Shown: positions 34,338 to 45,265 of the stretch, piece after piece
How positions within the stretch are numbered: the first letter of the stretch is position 1
How the letters are laid out: each line of letters begins with the position of its first letter
DNA from: Schizochytrium sp. TIO01
Lineage: Eukaryota > Protista > Bigyra: Labyrinthulomycetes
Reading direction: 5' to 3'
Length of the DNA: 64,000 bases
Assembly: GCA_004764695.1 (NCBI GenBank)
Contig: SMSO01000037.1
Location: 4,440,747-4,504,746, forward strand
Notes under the pieces: model-generated
Database searches by the model: none
What the model saw: the letters and a program-made list of their open reading frames with translations, nothing else
Told to the model about the DNA's origin: nothing
Made by a program: the position numbers and the translations under genes

Positions 34338-37300
34338 TTTTCTTGAAGGGTGCTGAGGATACCTGGAGTCAACTGCGAACGAAGACGAAGCGAGCGAGCG
34401 AGAGCTGCTTAGGAGATTGGTATTCTGGCCGCGATGGAGATACGGGATTGGATCGAGTCGAACACACGAAATCAAGAAATCACTCGCTCATCAAACTGAC
34501 TCACCGATGAGCAACAAACTATTCCTATATAACAATATAAGCGCAAAATATTCTTTCAAGTTCTTTCTTACACTTCTTGCACACGTAGATATCTTCAGGA
34601 TGTGGATGGATTCTCATGTTGATACTATTTATTCGCAAATCCTCATCGCCTTACGAGAGCCTGCCTTCAGACTCGACCTCATCGCAGTCAATCCTCCCGC
34701 CGCATCGGCTCGCATGCAGAGCTGCGGATAGCAATGAACCTGCGACGATGGGATCGTTTCGGAGGGATCCAATCGCGGCAAAATCATCAGTTTAGCAAAA
34801 CTCATCAAATGAATCTAATCATGTTTTCCTTCCTCAGACTGACTCACCCAGGCACATCTACCCTAAACCACTAGGACTCCCTACGCCACATCAAAGATAA
34901 CTTTTCATCGTAAGTCTGAAAAGGATTTAGTACTCTACTTCTTTTACACACCTAAACCACAATTGCTCCTAGTGTTACCTATAGCCACACCATAGACAGT
35001 CCTCATAAAAATAAATGTGCAGACTGAAAAGAAATACGAAACTTGAACCTCCGGCTACTTCTAAAGGAACCCCCACTCTTCACATGTGGTCTGGGACCGC
35101 ATGTGTATATTAGGGGTGTATTGCGAGTTTTAGATGACAATAAAAGAACACCCCGCGGCGGACAGTTGCTTGTGCAAATTGTTGATGATGCCTTGGAATG
35201 TTTACACGCGAAATGAAGCGATTATGAAGAGCCTCCAACGAAGAGCAGACAACAGGCCCCACCGAAGCCATGGCTCGGGACAGGAATCAGCCAGTTTGGC
35301 GGACGGCTGGCCTGCCGGGAATGCTACAGCTGAGAAGGAAGCCCAAAGCTAACTCGTCGTACCTCACTCCGGGTCCCTTTTTTATCCTATATTACATTTT
35401 ATAAACTATATTTATATACTAATCAGTCAATTATAGGAAAAGATGCCACGTGGGCAATGTTGGTCCCACGGTACCTACGACTCGGTACCAGTAGATTATG
35501 AGAGAGTGCCGCTTCTGTTTTGCGTTGACCTCCCACCATGGACTATCTTGAAATGGTATCCTAGGTAGGCATGCCATGATGAACAGGTTTTAATGATAGT
35601 AGTGGTGGGGAAAGTGGCGCGAGAATCGGACGCCCAAGGACGAATGAAGGTTGTGAAGGATCGTTTCGCTTGCTTGTTGCGTTCTTGCTTTCTTGCTAGA
35701 AGGCTAGAAGGCTGACATACTCAAAAGTTCAACTGAGGTAATTTCGAGTCCAACATGAGATGCCAAGTGGTCATTGTGCGATAGAACTTGAAACAAGCGA
35801 TAGGGGAATTCGAAACCAACTACGATGAACCTAGTCGAAAAGCAACCAAAGTTCATCTTCGACTTTGTGCTCGATCACTGGATTTGGGGGGGGGCACTTA
35901 GAAACAATGAAGCAGAAGGGATCCCCATGCATATGCTCTTATGAAGGGAAAATGTCATTTGCTAGAACTCGTCAGCTCTATTTCTATATCTACTCTTTGA
36001 GTGTAGCCCTTCCAATCATTGATTGTGCTGTGAAGAACGCTCAACGTTTGTAGGAATAGGTTCTAAAGAGTATACCTCTCAGGAATTAAGTTTCCTTGCT
36101 CACAATCGTACATAGTTAGGAAAGGATCATCAACGTATTCGAGAGCTAAACGTATGTTTGTTGTGGTCATCATATAGCAGCTGTAGCCGGGGAGCGCGAG
36201 ATTGCATTCAACACGTATGTACGTTCAAGCTTTGTAAAATCAATACCATTGCTAAGATTACAAGTCCCAACGTCAGCAAGCATGTACACACGGCTATTGA
36301 TTTAGAGGTCAGAACGCATGTCGTCAAGCTATACTCAAGATCAAATACAGTAATTGTAAAAGTCCAACCAAGCCACCCGAGGCGAGCTGTCACACATCCA
36401 AATTTAAACCTAGGATATATTTCCCATCGCCAGCCCGCATATGCGCTGCTCAATCCCTGCCAATCACCTTCCGGACGTCCGGAAGGTCAGTTCTAAATTC
36501 ACCAACTTCGAGTTGAAGATACTCCCTAATTGCTGGGGAAGCCAACCCTGCCAGTAGCATACTTCGTCTAAACCTTCAACAATCATTGCACTTCCATGAC
36601 GGTCATTCTGTCTTGCACATAGGTTTGCGTTGCAATGAACTATTCCTTCACAGCTTGTCTCTTGGAAAGTTTATCGAAACTACAATGTGCGAGTTCTCCT
36701 CCGATCGTCTCCGCGGATGGGTCAAGAAAACTGCAAGCGTGCTCGTATTCCCCACAGAGTGCTTCCGCCTACCTTGACCGTCACGAATTATTATTTGGAG
36801 CACAACAAAGATTCATCTTGACCTTTCCCGTGACACATGTTTCATGAAGAGATGTCTACTTTCACGCGTAGGTACTTTAGGTACTTTCATATGCGCACGT
36901 ACCAGACATTTGAGGCGAGGATGTCGATCAACCTTAAAGGTCGTCCGCTCCCATAGTTTCCACCTTGAAGAAAGGAAACGAATTTCGCAAGAAATATCGC
37001 TCCCCAAAGGAGCTCTTCTAGGCAAGTTAGCTTCGAACCATGTAGAATGATGTAGTAGGCATGCAAAGAAAAGAGCATCGAAACCCCAAGCCATCGCCTT
37101 TAATTTGTCTCGAGCTTTCGATCCTTTGCTCCCTAAAGTCACCATGGAGTAATTGCATAATACGTCCAAAACAAATTAGGCACTATGATTTAGTGTAGGA
37201 GGACGCTAGTCGGGGACCCCCTCTGTTAAATTGAATACTTGCGGGTCTTATATAGCAACTAGTGACTCCTAATGTCGTGGAGAAAGTTTCTTTTGTTTTT

Positions 37301-37817
37301 GGAAATGATCGTATTTATTTCTTTCTTGAAGGGCGTAGGCGCTGGTAGTATCAAGCTAGGGGTACTTAGTGTTTACTATCCAAAGTGGTTGTTATTGAAG
37401 TCTTATTGATTATAGTTCATTTCTTTTGAGGGATTCAAGGTCTGTCTTCGCGATTTTGCGAAGTTTGCAAAACCCAGTCCGCAAGACGCTCGCGGAAGAC
37501 GATCCTCGCGAGCGTCTCAATAGTATTGCGCGGTTTGTGTGGTGAGTCGTACGATCCCGCTAGCTGACTCCCTTGGTGAGCTGCGTTCGTGGCTGCGTTC
37601 GTCGGTCGCAATCCTAGCTCCACGGCATTGGAGAGCTAGCTAGCTAAAGCGCTGTTGCTGAGGGCTTGAGACTAACGCGAAGACAGGGACGATAGAAATT
37701 ATACGATCGAGGAGACAACGCGGAAGAATTTGGCTGAGTTAGGTGAAGAGTTTTTAACATAAAAGCTCTCAGTTTTACCGTAGCAAATCTGGAATTCGAT
37801 TATATTTAGTTCTGAGG

Positions 37818-40496
37818 ATGACGACAATCGAACATGTAAGACGATTGGCGGTGATGCTTGTAGCCGTGGTGGTCTTGGCAATGCTAGAGGCTGTAAATTC
37901 CCAGCAAATGGGATCAAGTACTATTGCAGATGACTTTAAATCAGGAGTGACAGTGAGTATGGAAGGTGCCGGGGTCTCCACACCTGGGGCAAATATTTGT
38001 CTCAACGTCATGGACAATCTCAAAGACGTTGAACTGGCTGCAGGACCCTGCGCAGTATCCAACCCACGGCAGGTATGGTATTATACCACTGATGATCACC
38101 TTGGTATGCAAAATGGATTTCTCACATACGCTGCAGATAAATATGGCGCGGCTCAAATTCGTCCAGTGGATGCTCCGAGTGCTGTCGATGGTGATAATAT
38201 TATTCAGTTCATGTCAGACGGAAAAATCATGAACCCCAAAACCCAGCTCTGCCTTCAGCCGGGGACCTTTGGTGCAACGTTGCTCCAATTCGCAGATTGT
38301 GCCAGAGCACCTTCATGGCATCTTCGCAGAGCAAGCCTGTCATACGTAGGCGTGGCAACCATGCCAAAGATTGAAGATTCAATGCCTCAAGTCATTCCTG
38401 CGTCACCCTCATTAAATACCCCAGTGGTTCCAGTCGTGCCACAAGTTGCCAGCAACATTGTGCCGGCAGCGAGCCAAGCATCCAAGCCTCAGGTTGTTGA
38501 CAACACCCCAAAGGCAGTGATATCCTACAAGGGAAATGGCGCTACAGGAACCCTTACAGAGAAAGATCATTATCTTTGCATTTGTGTCGTCGATAAAGAC
38601 GATGACAAGTGTGTGCAAGCAGTCAGTGCCGCATGCACGGTAGGCCATATTCCTTCTGAGCTTTGCAAGCAGTCTTTCGAAGATGGTGACCATGACGCTA
38701 TTGCAAAAAATATTGTGGAGCTTATCGAGAATGGTGAGCGCTGCAGTACCCTTGATTCAGAAAAGATCAGGAAAGAATTTGCTGCGTCAAAGCTTCCCGT
38801 TCAAGCTTTCCACGGTCAGCAGCTTGTCACCGCAGAAGACCACTATTTATGCGTGTGTCTGGCAAATGGTGGGGATACTGCAAAACTTGATAAACAGTGT
38901 GAAGATGCAGTGCGTGTTGCTTGCATGGTTGGTCACATCCCTGAAACGGAGTGTTTTGCCTCATTTGACGAACAGAATCATGCGATGATTGTTGAGCGCA
39001 TCATGCGAATGATAGATCGTGGCGCGAACTGTGCACAAAAACTTCAGGTACATCCTTCCAAAACTTGCGAGCACCCACCTTGCTACCATCCTCTGCGGCA
39101 TTCGAGCCACGAGCCTACCTCAGAGGATCATTATCTTTGCCCCTGCATGGATGATCATCAGAGTGAAATTTGTTATGAAGCTGTAAAGAAAGCATGCAAA
39201 CTCAAGCACATTCCCGCGGCTGATTGCGAGCTTGCTGAGAAGGCTAACTATCGCCATGCTGTGACCCGCCATGTGTTGCATCTGATTGATCACGGTGCTG
39301 AATGTGGCCTTGCAGACTCGATGACATTTACCAACCGTGGTTGCCACTGCAAGAACAAATGGACTGCTATGAATGGCGAGACTCTTGAATTGCCAAACAA
39401 CTGCAACGACCCAGGCGGTGAAAAGGGCTTTGACTGGTGTGAAACATTTCCTGAGGAGGGATGTGTAGGTGTGGGTGATTCCATGTCATGGGATCGATGT
39501 GATGCGCCGCGCAAACCACGTTACCACCCTGGCCAGTTTGTTTCAACCGCAGCTGGAAGGGTGTCTCCTGTTGACCACTACCTGTGTGTCTGTGTTGACA
39601 AGGGCAGCAATGATGAAGCTTGCGTGGCTGCTGTCAAGGCTGCCTGCCATGTTGGCCACATCGAAGCTGACGCCTGCGCAAAATCATTTGAGCATGAAGA
39701 TCACACAGACATTTCAGATCATGTCCTTTCTTTGATCATGCAAGGCGCGCGCTGTAATAATGTTGAGCTCTCTAGCATTTCAAGTATGCAACAAGTGCCC
39801 CGTAATAATGTTGCTGGAGGGTGTGGACATGGTACTCTCACTGGAACTAGCACTTGCGAATGCCAGCTCGGTTATGCTGGATCGCGCTGTAATTACTGTG
39901 CCCTTGGCTACGTGGGATACCCGCTTTGCAAACCAAAATTAGACTGCTCGCCAGCTTGCCGTTATGGATCATGCGACTTTGAAACAGGCACATGCAGATG
40001 CCCGGCAAACCGTGCTGGCACAACTTGTGGGGAATGTGCTTCGGGCTACAGTGGAGCCCAATGCACCCCTGCAGGACTTTTTGGAAGCGGTCCGTTGGCT
40101 ACCCTTTTCATGTTTGCTGCATGCGTTGGTGCCACATATCTGTGCTGCTGCACCCCACTTGGTGCTCAGCTTGTAAGCACGATGCCTGGATCAACTTCTT
40201 CCGGTGGAAAATATTCTCGTCTTAATAATTTTGACGAAGACGAAGATATCGTCAATTTTGATGATGACGATGAGGATGATAATTTCACACACGGAGACCT
40301 TGGCGATGATAGCGACTTTTTCAGTAAACTTAACAAGCAGCAAAGCGGCGAAATGGATAACATGCTTGATATCAAGCCTTCAACTAGCTCGCACAAGAAC
40401 GCAAACGAGGTCGCTGGTCTGGATATCAGCAATGAGAGCTCATCATCAAAGAACTCATCAAAGGCTAAACAGGCCCACAATGGGCTTGCGATCTAA
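37818..40496 (+). CDS. Type I membrane protein: ricin-B-like lectin, four DHYLC Cys/His repeats, FN2-like module, EGF/laminin-EGF repeats, TM, acidic cytosolic tail
   Basis: 892 aa. Signal peptide; ICLNV...C...RQVW and LCLQ...C...SW (ricin-like); four repeats at 38565-39755; GCHCKNKW...WCET...SWDRC; CECQLGYAGSRCNYCALGYVGYPLC; TM LATLFMFAACVGATYLCCC; tail YSRL plus an acidic cluster. Confidence 0.88.
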   Translation: MTTIEHVRRLAVMLVAVVVLAMLEAVNSQQMGSSTIADDFKSGVTVSMEGAGVSTPGANICLNVMDNLKDVELAAGPCAVSNPRQVWYYTTDDHLGMQNGFLTYAADKYGAAQIRPVDAPSAVDGDNIIQFMSDGKIMNPKTQLCLQPGTFGATLLQFADCARAPSWHLRRASLSYVGVATMPKIEDSMPQVIPASPSLNTPVVPVVPQVASNIVPAASQASKPQVVDNTPKAVISYKGNGATGTLTEKDHYLCICVVDKDDDKCVQAVSAACTVGHIPSELCKQSFEDGDHDAIAKNIVELIENGERCSTLDSEKIRKEFAASKLPVQAFHGQQLVTAEDHYLCVCLANGGDTAKLDKQCEDAVRVACMVGHIPETECFASFDEQNHAMIVERIMRMIDRGANCAQKLQVHPSKTCEHPPCYHPLRHSSHEPTSEDHYLCPCMDDHQSEICYEAVKKACKLKHIPAADCELAEKANYRHAVTRHVLHLIDHGAECGLADSMTFTNRGCHCKNKWTAMNGETLELPNNCNDPGGEKGFDWCETFPEEGCVGVGDSMSWDRCDAPRKPRYHPGQFVSTAAGRVSPVDHYLCVCVDKGSNDEACVAAVKAACHVGHIEADACAKSFEHEDHTDISDHVLSLIMQGARCNNVELSSISSMQQVPRNNVAGGCGHGTLTGTSTCECQLGYAGSRCNYCALGYVGYPLCKPKLDCSPACRYGSCDFETGTCRCPANRAGTTCGECASGYSGAQCTPAGLFGSGPLATLFMFAACVGATYLCCCTPLGAQLVSTMPGSTSSGGKYSRLNNFDEDEDIVNFDDDDEDDNFTHGDLGDDSDFFSKLNKQQSGEMDNMLDIKPSTSSHKNANEVAGLDISNESSSSKNSSKAKQAHNGLAI

Positions 40497-41326
40497 AGTA
40501 TCTATACATTAATGAAAGAATCAAATTTTCGTGTAGCCTATATTACTCATTACGATTTTTTTTACTTGACTTACTCGGAACCATGCGGTTGGTTTTCGCT
40601 TGGCTTCCTTCTTATAGCTAACTCTTTCAATTCTAGCACATCCGTGCAAATTCTCTGGCCATGCTTCTCTCTGGTAAGGTTCTGAATGGTCAGAAATGTA
40701 GCCAAGTTGTCAAGCGAAAGCTCTTCTAGGTGCTGAGTTCTTAACCCTGCACGCAAGGAACTTCCTCCCTTCTTCCTTAAAATCATGTTACTCGTCTCTG
40801 TTGGTTCGCCATTGCAGCAGAACTACCTAACTAGTAAAAGATGTTCAATTTTTTTAAGCAATTTCAAGCTGCAATCGGAAGCGGTCCTGAGAACCAGTGA
40901 GTCCACCAAATTCCTTGGTTGCAAGTTAGAATAGTCAAAACTCCGTAGCAGACCCAAAAAAAGATCAGAGAATCCTATATTTAGCACGTCTGACCTCCAC
41001 GTCCCAGGCCTGCTGCAGGAACGGCCACCACCCCTCCAGGGAAGCAGCAGAACCATAGCGGATCGCCCGCAAAGGTACTAATTGTAATAGCCTTTGTTGT
41101 AGAAAACAAGAGCATCATTACTATAGGAGAACTTGGCCACTATACTTCACTTTAGAAACTATACTCTACTGTACCTTTAAGTGGATTATAGAAATAGATC
41201 TACTTATCGATCCTCACAAATATATTAACTTGCTCGATTTATCGATTGAGTTGGTTTGTTGAAAGCAATCAAAGCAAGGTAGCGCAGTGCGGTGCAGTGC
41301 AGCGCAGCAGAATCGAATTGGTTGTT

Positions 41327-42622
41327 ATGAGCTTTGTGGCGCACAGGGGTCTTCGCAGGCTTACATTGGGACGTCAAGGGCTTTGCAGGATGTCAACCTC
41401 TGCAGTGGAACCCTCCCCGACCGGCCCTGAAGAGAGCTCCACTTCTCCGGCACCACCTGCAACAACAGCACCGAGTACAACTGAGAGTGCGCTGGCCGAA
41501 GTCGTAGAAACAGTGCCGGCACCGAGGTGGCGCGTGGCTACATACAACGTGTTGTCGCCAAACTTGTGCTCTGCTGGGTACTTTACGTTTAGCAAACCCG
41601 AGGCGTGCGAGCCTGCAAAGCGACTTGCTCGGGTGCAGAACAAACTAGATGAAGAAATTGGTCGTAATGGCATCATTTGCCTGCAGGAGGTCTCTCACAG
41701 CTGGCTTGGAGAGCTTCATACGTTCTTTGCCAAGAACAAGTACACCTACATTCACGATTCGTACGGGTATCACTTCAACGGGTACATGGGCGTGGGCGTT
41801 GCCTTCAACCATGAAAAGTACGCCCTGGAGGACTGCAAGGTCGTACGGATTGCTGATACTAAAGGCGGCGGGTATGCTCTGCGAAACAACAAGCCTCGTC
41901 TCTCCCCTTTACAGATGATCTTTCATCGTGCGACGGGAATTATTAAAAACGCATTTAACGCGCTCATGGCACTGATCTGGAAACCGAAACCTGACCTCTG
42001 GTGGGAAGTTGAACGAAGAACCAACACTGCAGTATTCTTACGCCTGCAGGATCGCGAGTCTGGACAAAAGATGTGTGTTTCCACCTACCACATGCCCTGT
42101 GCATTCCGTACGCCCCCTGTTATCTCGGCACACTGCTCTCTTCTGGTGAAGCGCATCAATAAACTCGCCCAAATGGACCCTTATGTGATCGCTGGTGATT
42201 TCAACCTCAAGCCTGACTCGCCAATGTATGAACTCTTGACAACTGGCAAATTCCAGTCGGAAGAGAGCAAGGCAGAAGGTGATATGCCAGAGCCTGCGTT
42301 CCCTGGTGACAGGTGGGCGGTGGCATCCAAATTCATGCCGCTTAAGAGTGCTTACGCCGTAACCCGGGGAAACGAACCTGAGTTCACTAACTTGGCACGC
42401 ACCAAGTCACAGCCACAGGGTTCATTTATTGAGTGCCTGGACTATATTTTCTATCAAGGACCGGGTATTGTTGCTGAGGCAACGGATGAGCTGCCTAGCA
42501 GGGAATCTGTAGCAGACATAGTGTCATTTCCAACTGTTGATGAGCCTTCTGACCACATTAAAATTGCTGCTGAGTTTACTTTGGGAAACAAACGCCGCAA
42601 GAACAGTGAGTCATCGTCATAA
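41327..42622 (+). CDS. Exonuclease-endonuclease-phosphatase (EEP) family, CCR4/nocturnin/PDE12/Angel-like; probable mitochondrial presequence
   Basis: VATYNVL, ICLQEV, STYHMP, IAGDFN, PEFTN, CLDYIF and PSDHIKI motifs. Arg-rich, acid-free N-terminus from ATG 41327 (track start 41246 is TTG). Confidence 0.9.
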   Translation: MSFVAHRGLRRLTLGRQGLCRMSTSAVEPSPTGPEESSTSPAPPATTAPSTTESALAEVVETVPAPRWRVATYNVLSPNLCSAGYFTFSKPEACEPAKRLARVQNKLDEEIGRNGIICLQEVSHSWLGELHTFFAKNKYTYIHDSYGYHFNGYMGVGVAFNHEKYALEDCKVVRIADTKGGGYALRNNKPRLSPLQMIFHRATGIIKNAFNALMALIWKPKPDLWWEVERRTNTAVFLRLQDRESGQKMCVSTYHMPCAFRTPPVISAHCSLLVKRINKLAQMDPYVIAGDFNLKPDSPMYELLTTGKFQSEESKAEGDMPEPAFPGDRWAVASKFMPLKSAYAVTRGNEPEFTNLARTKSQPQGSFIECLDYIFYQGPGIVAEATDELPSRESVADIVSFPTVDEPSDHIKIAAEFTLGNKRRKNSESSS

Positions 42623-43441
42623 ACCCGCTCTATACTTTATTCACTACGCAAGACCTATTTTACAGGATAATATGGTCTGGTCATTTGTATGTCAATATTC
42701 ATTCATCCTTTACACTACTCCTTCTAGTGCATACCTGTTGGTATGTGCTGAACAGATATTTTTGCTTGTGAGAAGGGGTAGGCAACTTTAAGGTGTGGCT
42801 TCTGCCGTCACATAACTGAATATACTTATACTGATTGATCCATTCCTCAATTTCTTTGGTCTTCTTCGCTTTTATCCAACTTTTATGGAGTGAAACCCAA
42901 CAAAGTAACACGTGACAGACTCTGACAAATGTCCTTCCCTCAACGAACATCATTATTACTCTCTTTTTGTAAAGACAACAGCGCCAAATATTTTATCTTG
43001 TTCCAGTCGTACCGTATCATGGCTCTTTTTTCTTGCTTTTCTTAGGCAACTTTTTTGAGGACACATATTCAGAAACCTGTGCAAGCTAGAAGTAGCAAAT
43101 CCGTCCAAGCTATAGCATGCTAACAATCCAGTCAATCCATTCTATGTGTTAACTTTTTATCATGTGTTCTAATTATTTCTCTTAAATCTCTTGGTTTCAG
43201 ACAGAAGCAACGCCAAAGAGTCGAATCCTGGGTACGCCTCTGTAAAATTTACAGTTGGTCTTGATAGAATATCAGATGTAATGCAGAGTTTAGCACTACA
43301 TCAATCACAGCATGGTCTTTTAAAACCGTTCCAGTTGGTTTTTTCCAAAGAGATTAAAGTCAAGCAACAGAGCATCAACAGTGCACTGTATCTTCTGCAC
43401 GGAAGAGGAGACAATCGACGTCGCTTCTACTCTGCGGATAT

Positions 43442-45265
43442 CTAGCACTCTTCCTCTGTTTCAGAGCAAGGGCACAAGGTTGTATTGCCCATACCCTTCG
43501 TATTGGTTGCGTCGAAGCACCACGTCTCGCGCAATGGTGACTTCGGGAAATCAGAGTTATAAACACACACCAAATCTCCGATGGTAGCCTGGTAGTTGTG
43601 TTCCTCCATGTCGTTGGTGTATCGCATGGTGATGTCAGCTCCGCTTACTCTTTGGCAAGAAGAAGAAGATTCGCAGTCCAGTTCACACTGCTTGAATCGA
43701 ACTGGATTCTCAAAGAGCTCGGGGTAATCATCACCAGTGATATACAAGGTTCCGTTGCATGGAGGCCGGGCAGCAGGAATTACAAACGAAGTCTTCCAGG
43801 TACCACCGTAAAGATACTCCACCGTGACGCCCTGTGAGCACTCTTCAAGAATCTTCGGGTACTGGGATACATCGTTCACACAGGACGCAGCAGTAGGCTG
43901 TGCTGTTGCCGTACGGCCTGACCCGTACGTGTTGACAGCATCATCCCAACTGAATTCAGAGATAGTGTTTTCACACTGAAAGACAAATCTCTTAAAATCA
44001 TCACCCAGCTCAAGCCCACTGGCATACGCCGCTGCTGTGCAGTAGGTCTTGGATGCACTTGTAGAAATTGCCTTGAGGCATTTTGACACGCTCATTTCAG
44101 GGCCAGCTCTGTGACTACACCAACCGGAAAGACACTCTACCTTTTGCGGCTCAGAGAGAGATTTAGTACACACCGCCTTTGCCATCAAAAAATCGTCATT
44201 GAGTGCCAATGCAACGCACTTCTTATGAACCTTGTCGGTGTTGTCAGTGGACCCCGACTTGTCATTTATTGTATCAGTATAGCATACGCCATCAAGGTTT
44301 GATCTCGAGACAGTGTAGTCAGTCATTGGTTCAAGTAGCTCCTGGACATTGATACGAGGAGGCCCAAGTTTACCATCAACCTCTGACTTGGTGCAGACAA
44401 ATTTAGCATTAATGCCAGTCTTCTCGTCCATGATGTACCATTCTTTCTCGATAGTGCTAGTTTGTGCCCAGGTCCAAGTCGAGGGAATCGAAGTGGATTC
44501 ACCAGAAAGGGTCTCTGCAGACCACGATTTAGCTCCTTTCATAGTATCACAGTCGTCTGATGTTAAAGTGTAAACTCCCACGTCGTTAGTGATAATAGCT
44601 TTGTTGATGATGCCACGTTCACCAAGAACTAACTCGAGTTTAAAGTCGTCAGCGGAATACATATTCATAACTGGGAGGTTTTCAGGATCCCAGTCAGGCT
44701 GACAAGGACTACCATAAAGGCCAATAGGCCAGTAGCGGTTCTCTGTGTTCAGCCAGACACAGTCATTCCCGAGATGGTCAGTCTGTGTTTTGCACATCTC
44801 CTCGGTCACCTCGCATTGCAGAGTAGCGTCTGCTGTCCAATGTCTGCCGTCACAGAGTACCCATTCATCTGCTACGCCATTAAAGGAGACGCAATTTGGA
44901 TCACCATAGCACTGGCACGTTTTGCAGCATGAGCCACTTGAAACTTCAGGAAAATCAATTGTGATTATAAGCAAATCATTCTCATCGAGCGAGTCGCAGT
45001 ACGTGCTGTTGCAATACGATCCAGAGGTTTCGATGTATCGGCACAGAGCTTCATTCGATGTGACAGGCTTGCAGGACGTATCTGCGAGTGGACAGCACTC
45101 ATCAAACTTCTCCGAAACCAGAAGATCTTGCTGATAACATGCATCTGATATATTCAGAAATTTGGTTTGTTCAAAATTGCACAGCTGACATTCTTGTGCA
45201 TATGCACCATGCATCAAGCTAGCTAAGCATGCCACTAGGGTAAGAGACTTGAGCATCTCTGTCAT
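43442..45265 (-). CDS. Secreted Cys-rich protein with VWD-like domain (paralog A)
   Basis: 607 aa with signal peptide, CCKTCQCYGDPNCVSFNG (VWD start motif) and LDGVCY (GLCG-like motif); clear colinear similarity to 51471-53406. Confidence 0.85.
   Translation of the reverse strand: MTEMLKSLTLVACLASLMHGAYAQECQLCNFEQTKFLNISDACYQQDLLVSEKFDECCPLADTSCKPVTSNEALCRYIETSGSYCNSTYCDSLDENDLLIITIDFPEVSSGSCCKTCQCYGDPNCVSFNGVADEWVLCDGRHWTADATLQCEVTEEMCKTQTDHLGNDCVWLNTENRYWPIGLYGSPCQPDWDPENLPVMNMYSADDFKLELVLGERGIINKAIITNDVGVYTLTSDDCDTMKGAKSWSAETLSGESTSIPSTWTWAQTSTIEKEWYIMDEKTGINAKFVCTKSEVDGKLGPPRINVQELLEPMTDYTVSRSNLDGVCYTDTINDKSGSTDNTDKVHKKCVALALNDDFLMAKAVCTKSLSEPQKVECLSGWCSHRAGPEMSVSKCLKAISTSASKTYCTAAAYASGLELGDDFKRFVFQCENTISEFSWDDAVNTYGSGRTATAQPTAASCVNDVSQYPKILEECSQGVTVEYLYGGTWKTSFVIPAARPPCNGTLYITGDDYPELFENPVRFKQCELDCESSSSCQRVSGADITMRYTNDMEEHNYQATIGDLVCVYNSDFPKSPLRETWCFDATNTKGMGNTTLCPCSETEEEC

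Noticed and set aside
33711-34346. 211-aa plus-strand ORF
   Set aside because: Antisense shadow of the codon-biased C-CAP gene.
35081-35105. Hairpin CACATGTGGTC-TGG-GACCGCATGTG as a Helitron end or terminator
   Set aside because: No CTRR terminus at the expected distance and no second copy in the window.
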